Positions 50,601 through 63,323 of a stretch of 64,000 bases of DNA are shown here, one piece after another. The notes beneath the pieces were generated by a model, which saw nothing but the letters and a program-made list of their open reading frames with translations, had not been told where the DNA came from and made no database searches. Source of the stretch: Balanoglossus misakiensis (taxonomy: Eukaryota > Animalia > Hemichordata); assembly GCA_040954595.2 (NCBI GenBank), contig CM082583.2, positions 652,542 to 716,541 on the forward strand, given 5' to 3'. The number at the start of each line of letters is the position of its first letter. Position 1 is the stretch's first letter. The position numbers were made by a program, and so were the translations under genes.

Positions 50601-53600
50601 TGTTCAACGTTACCATTTGTGCAACTGTTTCTGCTCTAGAGTGTCAGGGTTTTAGCCGACTTATGCTGTAGGAAATCTGAGTTGATGAACGGGAATTCAT
50701 TGTTAGAAAACCCGTGTGGAAAGTATCTCTACCCGTTTGAAACTAAGAAAAGAATTTATTCTTATTTATTTTGTAAAAAAGACAATATTTCGAAAAAAAG
50801 TCGAAAATGGTAATTTTGTCTTGGGTGATTCAAATTATACCGCCTTTTCTGGAATTTGCAGCACTTTTTACAAGAGAACGACACTTCATGCTCCATAATA
50901 TTTCCGAAAATGAAGAAAAGAGTTAATTTTTTATGAATTATTAAAAATTTACCATTTTTGTCAAAATATGGCCAAAATGGCTATTTTTTCTTGAATTCCG
51001 TCAATATCTCTGCATTTTTGGAGTGGTCGAAAGTTTTAACATACAATCAACATGTCATATATGATCAGGGCACCAAATTCGAAGAACAAAGGTTTTTTTT
51101 TTTTTTTTTTCTAAAAATGACATTTTCAAGGAAAATTTGGTAAAACGCAATTTTGTCTGCAGTGAGCCAAATTAGACGGTCTTTTGTGGAATTTGTATCG
51201 ATATATACATACGAAGAGCATTCTATACTCCATCAGATTTCCGAAAATGTAGAAAACATGTATTTGTTGTAATTTTCAAAAATTTACCATTTTGACCAAA
51301 TTGTGGCTAAAATTGTTATTTTCGTGTTGAATGCCGCCAGTGTCACTGCTTTTAAAAGTCATAAAAACTTTCAACATACAAGCAATTGTTTATATATGAT
51401 CAGGTCACCGAATTAAAAAAATAAAGAATGTTTTGCCTAAAAATGACCTTTTTGGCGCAAAAACGAATAAAACGCAATTTTGTATTAAATCAGCTCATTC
51501 AGAGTGCATTTTTTATAATCAGCACCATTTTTACATATAATGGAAATTTCATACATCATCAGATATCCAAATATGAAAAAAATGATTTAGATTTTAGATG
51601 ATTGTCCAAAATTAGCTGATATCTAATAAATGTAGTATTGAACCGTTCTGTTCCCCCCCCCCCCCCTACATTATATGCGGTACGCCGATGTCAGCTTACC
51701 CGGCAGTACTGCAGGCCGTGCCCCCAACTAACGTCGGTGTTTGAAACGCCCTGGTTAAATTCGGGCTTTCTCTATAAATTGACAGGCAATAATGCAGTCC
51801 TACCCGACCAAATGTCGAGTGTTGACCCGCTGTGACTTTCCCTCTTCGGTTTGCCCGACTTAGCCAACGTCTTTGTACTAATGTGTCGGGTCTTTTGCAG
51901 AGCCAGGCCGAAGGAAATCCGACTTGATCACCGTTGCTAACGAACGCTAGTGTCTGTCATGGTGTGCCGGGGTTTAGTCGAGCCAGGCCGTAGGAGATCT
52001 GACTTGATCATCGTGGTCAATGTACGCGTGTTTCCGCTCTAAAGTGCCGGGGCTTCAGCTAAACCAGGCCGTAGGAAATCCGACGTAATCACCGTTGATA
52101 ACTTACGCCAGTCTGTGTCATATAGAGCCGGTGCACCAGCCGAGTCACGCCGTAGGAAATCTGACTTGATCAACGTGGTCACTGTACGCCTGTTTCTGCT
52201 CTAGAGTGCCGGGGCTTCAGCTGAGCCAGGCCGTAGGAAACCCGACGTGATTACCGTTGTTAACTTACGCCAGTCTGTGTCCTATATATAGTGCCGGGGC
52301 ATCAGCCGTGCCAGGCCGAAGGAAATGTGAGTAGATCAACGTGGTCTCTGTACGCGTGTTTCTGCTCTAGAGTGCCAGGGCTTTAGCCAAGCCATGCCGT
52401 AGGAAATCTGACTTGATCAACGTTGCTAACGAACGCTAGTGTCTGTCATAGTTTGCCGGGGTTTTAGTCGAGCCAAGCCGTAGGAGATCAGACTTGATCA
52501 ACGTGGTCTCTGTACGCGTGTTTCTGCTCTAGAGTGCCGGGGCTTTATCCAAGCTATGCCGTAGAAAATCTGACTTGATCACCTTTGCTAACTTACGCTA
52601 GTGTCTGTCATATTGTGACGGAGATTAAGCCGAGCCAGGCCGTAGAAAAATCGACTTGTTCAACGTTACCAGTGTGCAACTGTTTCTGCTCTAGAGTGTC
52701 AGGGTTTTAGCCGACTTATGCTGTAGGAAATCTGAGTTGATGAACGGGAATTCATTGTTAGAAAACCCGTGTGGAAAGTATCTCTACACGTTTGAAACTA
52801 AGAAAAGAATTTATTCTTATTTCTTTTGTAAAAAGACAACATTTCGAAAAAAAGTCGAAAATGGTAATTTTGTCTTGGGTGATTCAAATTATACCGCCTT
52901 TTCTGGAATTTGCAGCACTTTTTACAAGAGAACGACACTTCATGCTCCATAATATTTCCGAAAATGAAGAAAAGAGTTAATTTTTTATGATTTTTAAAAA
53001 TGTACCATTTTTGTCAAAATATGGCCAAAATGGCTATTTTTTCTTGAATTCCGTCAATATCTCTGCATTTTTGGAGTGGTCGAAAGTTTTAACATACAAT
53101 CAACATGTCATATATGATCAGGGCACCAAATTCGAAGAACAAAGGGTTTTTTATTTTTTTTCTAAAAATGACATTTTCAAGTAAAATTTGGTAAAACGCA
53201 ATTTTGTCTGCAGTGAGCCATATTAGACTGTCTTTTGTGGAATTTGCATCGATATATACATACGAAGAGCATTCTATACTCCATCATATTTCCGAAAATG
53301 TAGAAAACAGGTATTTTTTGTAATTTTCAAAAATTTACCATTTTGACCAAATTGTGGCTAAAATTGTTATTTTCGTGTTGAATGCCGCCAGTGTCACTGC
53401 TTTTAAAAGTCATAAAAACTTTTAACATACAAACAATTGTTTATATATGATCAGGTCACCGAATTAAAAAAATAAAGAATGTTTTGCCTAAAAATGACCT
53501 TTTTGGTGCAAAAACGAATAAAACGCAATTTTGTATTAAATCAACTCATTCAGAGTGCATTTTTTATAATCAGCACCATTTTTACATATAATGGAAATTT

Positions 53601-56600
53601 TATACATCATCAGATATCCAAATATGAAAAAATGATTTAGATTTTAGATGATTGTCCAAAATTAGCTGATATCTAATAAATGTAGTATTGAACCGTTCTG
53701 TTCCCCCCCCCCCTACATTATATGCGGTACGCCGATGTCAGCATACCCGGCAGTACTGCAGGCCGTGCCCCCAACTATCGTCGGTGTTTGAAACGCCCTG
53801 GTTAAATTCGGGCTTTCTCTATAAATTGACAGGCAATAATGCAGTCCTACCAGAACAAATGTCGAGTGTTGACCCGCTGTGACTTTCCCTCTTCGGTTTG
53901 CCCGACTTAGCCAACGTCTTTGTACTAGAGTGTCGGGTCTTTTGCAGAGCCAGGCCGAAGGAAATCCGACTTGATCACCGTTGCTAACGAACGCTAGTGT
54001 CTGTCATGGTGTGCCGGGGTTTTAGTCGAGCCAGGCCGTAGGAGATCTGACTTGATCATCGTGGTCAATGTACGCGTGTTTCCGCTCTAAAGTGCCGGGG
54101 CTTCAGCTAAACCAGGCCGTAGGAAATCCGACGTAATCACCGTTGATAACTTTCGCCAGTCAGTGTCATATAGAGCCGGTGCACCAGCGGAGTCACGCCG
54201 TAGGAAATCTGACTTGATCAACGTGGTCAATGTACGCCTGTTTCTGCTCTAGAGTGCCGGGGCTTCAGCTGAGCCAGGCCGTAGGAAACCCGACGTGATT
54301 ACCGTTGTTAACTTACGCCAGTCTGTGTCCTATATATAGTGCCGGGGCATCAGCCGTGCCAGGCCGAAGGAAATGTGAGTAGATCAACGTGGTCTCTGTA
54401 CGCGTGTTTCTGCTCTAGAGTGCCAGGGCTTTAGCCAAGCCATGCCGTAGGAAATCTGACTTGATCAACGTTGCTAATGAACGCTAGTGTCTGTCATAGT
54501 GTGCCGGGGTTTTAGTCGAGCCAAGCCGTAGGAGATCAGACTTGATCAACGTGGTTTCTGTACGCGTGTTTCTGCTCTAGAGTGCCGGGGCTTTATCCAA
54601 GCCATGCCGTAGAAAATCTGACTCGATCACCGTTGCTAACGTACGCTAGTGTCTGTCATATTGTGACGGAGATTTAGCCGAGCCAGGCCGTTGAAAAATC
54701 GACTTGTTCAACGTTACCATTTGTGCAACTGTTTCTGCTCTAGAGTGTCAGGGTTTTAGCCGACTTATGCTGTAGGAAATCTGAGTTGATGAACGGGAAT
54801 TCATTGTTAGAAAACCCGTGTGGAAAGTATCTCTACCCGTTTGAAACTAAGAAAAGAATTAATTCTTATTAATTTGTAAAAAAAGACAATATTTCGAAAA
54901 AAAGTCGAAAATGGTAATTTTGTCTTGGGTGAATCAAATTTTACCACCTTTTCTGGAATTTGCAGCACTTTTTACAAGAGAACGACACTTCATGCTCCAT
55001 AATATTTCCGAAAATGAAGAAAAGAGTTAATTTTTTATGATTTATTAAAAATTTACCATTTTTGTCAAAATATGGCCAAAATGGCTATTTTTTCTTGAAT
55101 TCCGTCAATATCTCTGCATTTTTGGAGTGGTCGAAAGTTTTAACATACAATCAACATGTCATATATGATCAGGGCACCAAATTCGAAGAACAAAGGTTTT
55201 TTTATTTTATTTTTCTAAAAATGACATTTTCAAGGAAAATTTGGTAAAACGCAATTTTGTCTGCAGTAAGCCAAATTAGACGGTCTTTTGTGGAATTTGT
55301 ATCGATATATACATACGAAGAGCATTCTATACTCCATCAGATTTCCGAAAATGTAGAAAACATGTATTTTTTGTAATTTTCAAAAATTTACCATTTTGAC
55401 CAAATTGTGGCTAAAATTGTTATTTTCGTGTTGAATGCCGCCAGTGTCACTGCTTTTAAAAGTCATAAAAACTTTCAACATACAAGCAATTGTTTATATA
55501 TGATCAGGTCACCGAATTAAAAAAATAAAGAATGTTTTGCCTAAAAATGACCTTTTTGGCGCAAAAACGAATAAAACGCAATTTTGTATTAAATCAGCTC
55601 ATTCAGAGTGCATTTTTTATAATCAGCACCATTTTTACATATAATGGAAATTTCATACATCATCAGATATCCAAATATGAAAAAATGATTTAGATTTTAG
55701 ATGATTGTCCAAAATTAGCTGATATCTAATAAATGTAGTATTGAACCGTTCTACTCCCCCCCCCCCAACATTATATGCGGTACGCCGATGTCAGCTTACC
55801 CGGCAGTACTGCAGGCCATGCCCCCAACTAACGTCGGTGTTTGAAACGCCCTGGTTAAATTCGGGCTTTCTCTATAAATTGACAGGCAATAATGCAGTCC
55901 TACCCGACCAAATGTCGAGTGTTGACCCGCTGTGACTTTCCCTCTTCGGTTTGCCCGACTTAGCCAACGTCTTTGTACTAGAGTGTCGGGTCTTTTGCAG
56001 AGCCAGGCCGAAGGAAATCCGACTTGATCACCGTTGATAACGAACGCTAGTGTCTGTCATGGTGTGCCGGGGTTTTAGTCGAGCCAGGCCGTAGGAGATC
56101 TGACTTGATCATCGTTGTCAATGTACGCGTGTTTCCGCTCTAAAGCGCCGGGGCTTCAGCAAAACCAGGCAGTAGAAAATCCGACGTAATCACCGTTGAT
56201 AACTTACGCCAGTCTGTGTCATATAGAGCCGGTGCACCAGCCGAGTCACGCCGTAGGAAATCTGACTTGATCAACGTGGTCAATGTACGCCTGTTTCTGC
56301 TCTAGAGTGCCGGGGCTTCAGCTGAGCCAGGCCGTTGGAAACCCGACGTGATTACCGTTGTTAACTTACGCCAGTCTGTGTCCTATATATAGTGCCGGGG
56401 CATCAGCCGTGCCAGGCCGAAGGAAATGTGAGTAGATCAACGTGGTCTCTGTACGCGTGTTTCTGCTCTAGAGTGCCAGGGCTTTAGCCAAGCCATGCCG
56501 TAGAAAATCTGACTTGATCAACGTTGCTAACGAACGCTAGTGTCTGTCATAGTGTGCCGGGGTTTTAGTCGAGCCAAGCCGTAGGAGATCAGACTTGATC

Positions 56601-59600
56601 AACGTGGTCTCTGTACGCGTGTTTCTGCTCTAGAGTGCCGGGGCTTTATCCGAGCTATGCCGTAGAAAATCTGACTTGATCACCGTTGCTAACTTACGCT
56701 AGTGTCTGTCATATTGTGACGGAGATTTAGCCGAGCCAGGCCGTAGAAAAATCGACTTGTTCAACGTTACCAGTGTGCAACTGTTTCTGCTCTAGAGTGT
56801 CAGGGTTTTAGCCGACTTGTGCTGTAGGAAATGTGAGTTGATGAACGGGAATTCAATGTTAGAGAACCCGTGTGTAAAGTATCTCTACCCGTTTGAAACT
56901 AAGAAAAGAATTTATTCTTATTTATTTTGTAAAACAAGACAATTTTTCGAAAAAAAGTCGAAAATGGTAATTTTGTCTTGGGTGATTCAAATTATACCGC
57001 CTTTTCTGGAATTTGCAGCACTTTTTACAAGAGAACGACACTTCATGCTCCATAATATTTCCGAAAATGAAGAAAAGAGTTAATTTTTTATGATTTTTTA
57101 AAAAATTACCATTTTTGTCAAAATATGGCCAAAATGGCTATTTTTTCTTGAATTCCGTCAATATCTCTGCATTTTTGGAGTGGTCGAAAGTTTTAACATA
57201 CAATCAACATGTCATATTTGATCAGGGCACCAAATTCGAAGAACAAAGTTTTTTTTAGTTTTTTTTCTAAAAATGACATTTTCAAGGAACATTTGGTAAA
57301 ACGCAATTTTGTCTGCAGTGAGCCAAATTAGATTGTCTTTTGTGGAATTTGTATCGATATATACATACGAAGAGCATTCTATACTCCATCAGATTTCCGA
57401 AAATGTAGAAAACAGGTATTTTTTGTAATTTTCAAAAATTTACCATTTTGATCAAATTATGGCTAAAATTGTTATTTTCGTGTTGAATGCCGCCAGTGTC
57501 ACTGCTTTTAAAAGTCATAAAAACTTTTAACATACAAGCAATTGTTTATATATGATCAGGTCACCGAATTAAAAAAATAAAGAATGTTTGGCCTAAAAAT
57601 GACCTTTTTGGTGCAAAAACGAATAAAACGCAATTTTGTATTAAATAAGCTCATTCAGAGTGCATTTTTTTATAATCAGCACCATTTTTACATATAATGG
57701 AAATTTCATACATCACCAGATATCCAAATATGAAAAAATGATTTAGATTTTAGATGATTGTCCAAAATTAGCTGATATCTAATAAATGTAGTATTGAACC
57801 GTTCTGTTCCCCCCCCCCCTCCCCTACATTATATGCGGTACGCCGATGTCAGCTTACCCGGCAGTACTGCAGGCCGTGCCCCCAACTAACGTCGGTGTTT
57901 GAAACGCCCTGGTTAAATTCGGGCTTTCTCTATAAATTGACAGGCAATAATGCAGTCCTACCCGAACAAATGTCGAGTGTTGACACGCTGTGACTTTCCC
58001 TCTTCGGTTTGCCCGACTTAGCCGACGTCTTTGTACTAGAGTGTCGGGTCTTTTGCAGAGCCAGGCCGAAGGAAATCCGACTTGATCACCGTTGCTAACG
58101 AACGCTAGTGTCTGTCATGGTGTGCCGGGGTTTTAGTCGAGCCAGGCCGTAGGAGATCTGACTTGATCATCGTGGTCAATGTACGCGTGTTTCCGCTCTA
58201 AAGTGCCGGGGCTTCAGCTAAACCAGGCCGTAGGAAATCCGACGTAATCACCGTTGATAACTTACGCCAGTCTGTGTCATATAGAGCCGGTGCACCAGCC
58301 GAGTCACGCCGTAGGAAATCTGACTTGATCAACGTGGTCAATGTACGCCTGTTTCTGCTCTAGAGTGCCGGGGCTTCAGCTGAGCCAGGCCGTAGGAAAC
58401 CCGACGTGATTACCGTTGTTAACTTACGCCAGTCTGTGTCCTATATATAGTGCCGGGGCATCAGCCGTGCCAGGCCGAAGGAAATGTGAGTAGATCAACG
58501 TGGTCTCTGTACGCGTGTTTCTGCTCTAGAGTGTCAGGGCTTTAGCAAAGCCATGCCGTAGGAAATCTGACTTGATCAACGTTGCTAACGAACGCTAGTG
58601 TCTGTCATAGTGTGCCGGGGTTTTAGTCGAGCCAAGCCGTAGGAGATCAGACTTGATCAACGTGGTCTCTGTACGCGTGTTTCTGCTCTTGAGTGCCGGG
58701 GCTTTATCCAACCCATGCCGTAGAAAATCTGACTTGATCACCGTTGCTAACGTACGCTAGTGTCTGTCATATCGTGACGGAGATTTAGCCGAGCCAGGCC
58801 GTAGAAAAATCGACTTGTTCAACGTTACCAGTGTGCAACTGTTTCTGCTCTAGAGTGTCAGGGTTTTAGCCGACTTATGCTGTAGGAAATCTGAGTTGAT
58901 GAATGGGAATTTAATGTTAAAAAACCTGTGTGGAAAGTGTCTCTACCCTTTTGAAACTAAGAAAATAATTTATTCTTATTTATTTTGTAAAAATCACAAT
59001 TTTTCGAAAAAAAGTCGAAAATGGTAATTTTGTCATGGGTGATTCAAATTATACCGCCTTTTCTGGAATTTGCAGCACTTTTTACAAGAGAACGACACTT
59101 CATGCTCCATAATATTTCCGAAAATGAAGAAAAGAGTTAATTTTTTATGATTTTTTAAAAATTTACCATTTTTGTCAAAATATGGCCAAAATGGCTATTT
59201 TTTCTTGAATTCCGTCAATATCTCTGCATTTTTGGAGTGGTCCAAAGTTTTAACATACAATCAACATGTCATATATGATCAGGGCACCAAATTCGAAGAA
59301 CAAAGGTTTTTTTTATTTTTTTTTCTAAAAATGACATTTTCAAGGAAAATTTGGTAAAACGCAATTTTGTCTGCAGTGAGCCAAATTGGCCGTTTTTTTG
59401 TGGAATTTGTATCGATATATGTATACGAAGAGCATTCTATACTCCATCAGATTTCCGAAAATGTAGAAAACAGGTATTTTTTGTAATTTTCAAAAATTTA
59501 CCATTTTGACCGAATTGTGGCTAAAATTGTTATTTTCGTGTTGAATGCCGCCAGTGTCACTGCTTTTAAAAGTCATAAAAACTTTTAACATACAAGCAAT

Positions 59601-60136
59601 TGTTTATATATGATCAGGTCACCGAATTAAAAAAATAAAGAATGTTTTGCCTAAAAATGACCTTTTTGGTGCAAAAACGAATAAAACGCAATTTTGTATT
59701 AAATCAGCTCATTCAGAGTGCATTTTTATAATCAGCACCATTTTTACATATAATGGAAATTTCATACATCATCAGATATCCAAATATGAAAAGATGATTT
59801 AGATTTTAGATGATTGTCCAAAATTAGCTGATATCTGATAAATGTAGTATTGAACCGTTCTGTTTCTCCCCCCCCCCCCCTACATTATATGCGGTACGCC
59901 GATGTCACCTTACCCGGCAGTACTGCAGGCCGTGCCCCCAACTAACGTCGGTGTTTGAAGCGCCCTGGTTAAATTCGGGCTTTCTCTATAAATTACAGGC
60001 AATAATGCAGTCCTACCCGAACAAATGTCGAGTGTTGACCCGCTGTGACTTTCCCTCTTCGGTTTGCCCGACTTAGCCAACGTCTTTGTACTAGAGGGTC
60101 GGGTCTTTTGCCGAGCCAGGCCGAAGGAAATCAGAC

Positions 60137-62024
60137 TTGATCACCGTTGCTAACGAACGCTAGTGTCTGTCATGGTGTGCCGGGGTTTTAGTCGAACCAG
60201 GCCGTAGGAAATCTGACTTGATCAACGTGGTCAATGTACGCCTGTTTCTGCTCTAGAGTGCAGGGGCTTCAGCTGATCCAGGCCGTAGGAAACCCGACGT
60301 GATTACCGTTGTTAACTTACGCCAGTCTGTGTCCTATATATAGTGCGGGGCATCAGCCGTGCCAGGCCTAAGGAAATGTGAGTAGATCAATGTGGTCTCT
60401 GTACGCGTGTTTCTGCTCTAGAATGCCAGGGCTTTAGCCAAGCCATGCCGTAGGAAATCTGACTTGATCAACGTTGCTAACGAACGCTAGTGTCTGTCAT
60501 AGTGTGCCGGGGTTTTAGTCGAGCCAAGCCGTAGGAGATCAGACTTGATCAACGTGGTCTCTGTACGCGTGTTTCTGCTCTAGAGTGCCGGGGCTTTATC
60601 CCAGCCATGCCGTAGAAAATCTGACTTGATCACCGTTGCTAACGTGCGCTAGTGTCTGTCATATCGTGACGGAGATTTAGCCGAGCCAGGCCGTAGAAAA
60701 ATCGACTTGTTCAACGTTACCAGTGTGCAACTGTTTCTGCTCTAGAGTGTCAGGGTTTTAGCCGACTTATGCTGTAGGAAATCTGAGTTGATGAATGGGA
60801 ATTTAATGTTAAAAAACCTGTGTGGAAAGTGTCTCTACCCTTTTGAAACTAAGAAAATAATTTATTCTTATTTATTTTGTAAAAATCACAATTTTTCGAA
60901 AAAAAGTCGAAAATGGTAATTTTGTCATGGGTGATTCAAATTATACCGCCTTTTCTGGAATTTGCAGCACTTTTTACAAGAGAACGACACTTCATGCTCC
61001 ATAATATTTCCGAAAATGAAGAAAAGAGTTAATTTTTTATGATTTTTTAAAAATTTACCATTTTTGTCAAAATATGGCCAAAATGGCTATTTTTTCTTGA
61101 ATTCCGTCAATATCTCTGCATTTTTGGAGTGGTCCAAAGTTTTAACATACAATCAACATGTCATATATGATCAGGGCACCAAATTCGAAGAACAAAGGTT
61201 TTTTTTATTTTTTTTTCTAAAAATGACATTTTCAAGGAAAATTTGGTAAAACGCAATTTTGTCTGCAGTGAGCCAAATTGGCCGTTTTTTTGTGGAATTT
61301 GTATCGATATATGTATACGAAGAGCATTCTATACTCCATCAGATTTCCGAAAATGTAGAAAACAGGTATTTTTTGTAATTTTCAAAAATTTACCATTTTG
61401 ACCGAATTGTGGCTAAAATTGTTATTTTCGTGTTGAATGCCGCCAGTGTCACTGCTTTTAAAAGTCATTAAAACTTTTAACATACAAGCAATTGTTTATA
61501 TATGATCAGGTCACCGAATTTAAAGAATAAAGAATGTTTTCCCTAAAAATGACCTTTTTGGTGCAAAAACGAATAAAACGCAATTTTGTATTAAATCAGC
61601 TCATTCAGAGTGCATTTTTTATAATCAGCACCATTTTTACATATAATGGAAATTTCATACATCATCAGATATCCAAATATGAAAAAATGATTTAGATTTT
61701 AGATGATTGTCCAAAAGTAGCTGATATCTAATAAATGTAGTATTGAACCGTTCTGTTCCCCCCCCCCCACATTACATGCGGTACGCCGATGTCAGCTTAC
61801 CCGTCAGTACTGCAGGCCGTGCCCACAACTAACGTCGGTGTTTGAAACGCCCTGGTTAAATTCGGGCTTTCTCTATAAATTGACAGGCAATAATGTAGTC
61901 CTACCGGAATAAATGTCGAGTGTTGACCCGCTGTGACTTTCCCTCTTCGGTTTGCCCGACTTAGCCAACGTCTTTGTACTAGAGTGTCGGGTCTTTTGTA
62001 GAGCCAGGCCGAAGGAAATCCGAC
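60137..62024. repeat. Short monomer M31 (1888 bp), 162-bp deletion
   Basis: Subunit 1/3 hybrid at ~60201-60209, the same structure as in M8. Confidence 0.93.
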
Positions 62025-63323
62025 TTGATCACCGTTGCTAACGAACGCTAGTGTCTGTCATGGTGTGCCGGGGTTTTAGTCGAGCCAGGCCGTAGGAGAT
62101 CTGACTGGATCATCGTGGTCAATGTACGCGTGTTTCCGCTCTAAAGTGCCGGGGCTTCAGCTAAACCAGGCCGTAGGAAATCCGACGTAATCACCGTTGA
62201 TAACTTACGCCAGTCTGTGTCATATAGAGCCGGGGCACCAGCCGAGTCACGCCGTAGGAATCTGATTTGATCAACGTGGTCAATGTGCGCCTGTTTCTGC
62301 TCTAGAGTGCAGGGCTTCAGCTGAGCCAGGCCGTAGGAAACCCGACGTGATTACCGTTGTTAACTTACGCCAGTCTGTGTCCTATATATAGTGCGGGGCA
62401 TCAGCCGTGCCAGGCCTAAGGAAATGTGAGTAGATCAATGTGGTCTCTGTACGCGTGTTTCTGCTCTAGAATGCCAGGGCTTTAGCCAAGCCATGCCGTA
62501 GGAAATCTGAATTGATCAACGTTGCTAACGAACGCTAGTGTCTGTCATAGTGTGCCGGGGTTTTAGTCGAGCCAAGCCGTAGGAGATCTGACTTGATCAT
62601 CGTGGTCAATGTACGCGTGTTTCCGCTCTAAAGTGCCGGGGCTTGAGCTAAACCAGGCCGTAGGAAATCCGACGTAATCACCGTTGATAACTTACGCCAG
62701 TCTGTGTCATATAGAGCCGGTGCACCAGCGGAGTCACGCCGTAGGAATCTGATTTGATCAACGTGGTCAATGTACGCCTGTTTCTGCTCTAGAGTGCCGG
62801 GGCTTCAGCTGAGCCAGGCCGTAGGAAACCCGACGTGATTACCGTTGTTAACTTACGCCAGTCTGTGTCCTATATATACTGCCGGGGCATCAGCCGTGCC
62901 AGGCCGAAGGAAATGTGAGTAGATCAACGTGGTCTCTGTACGCGTGTTTCTGCTCTAGAGTGTCAGGGCTTTAGCAAAGCCATGCCGTAGGAAATCTGAC
63001 TTGATCAACGTTGCTAACGAACGCTAGTGTCTGTCATAGTGTGCCGGGGTTTTAGTCGAGCCAAGCCGTAGGAGATCAGACTTGATCAACGTGGTCTCTG
63101 TACGCGTGTTTCTGCTCTTGAGTGCCGGGGCTTTATCCAACCCATGCCGTAGAAAATCTGACTTGATCACCGTTGCTAACGTACGCTAGTGTCTGTCATA
63201 TTGTGACGGAGATTTAGCCGAGCCAGGCCGTAAAAAATCGACTTGTTCAACGTTACCAGTGTGCAACTGTTTCTGCTCTAGAGTGTCAGGGTTTTAGCCG
63301 ATTTATGCTGTAGGAAATCAGAG
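62025..63323. repeat. Expanded 81-bp module in M32 (16 subunits; subunits 2-7 duplicated)
   Basis: Module spans 1299 bp instead of 814. Subunit 2 (gatcatcgtggtcaatg) occurs at ~62106 and again at 62593. Confidence 0.94.
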
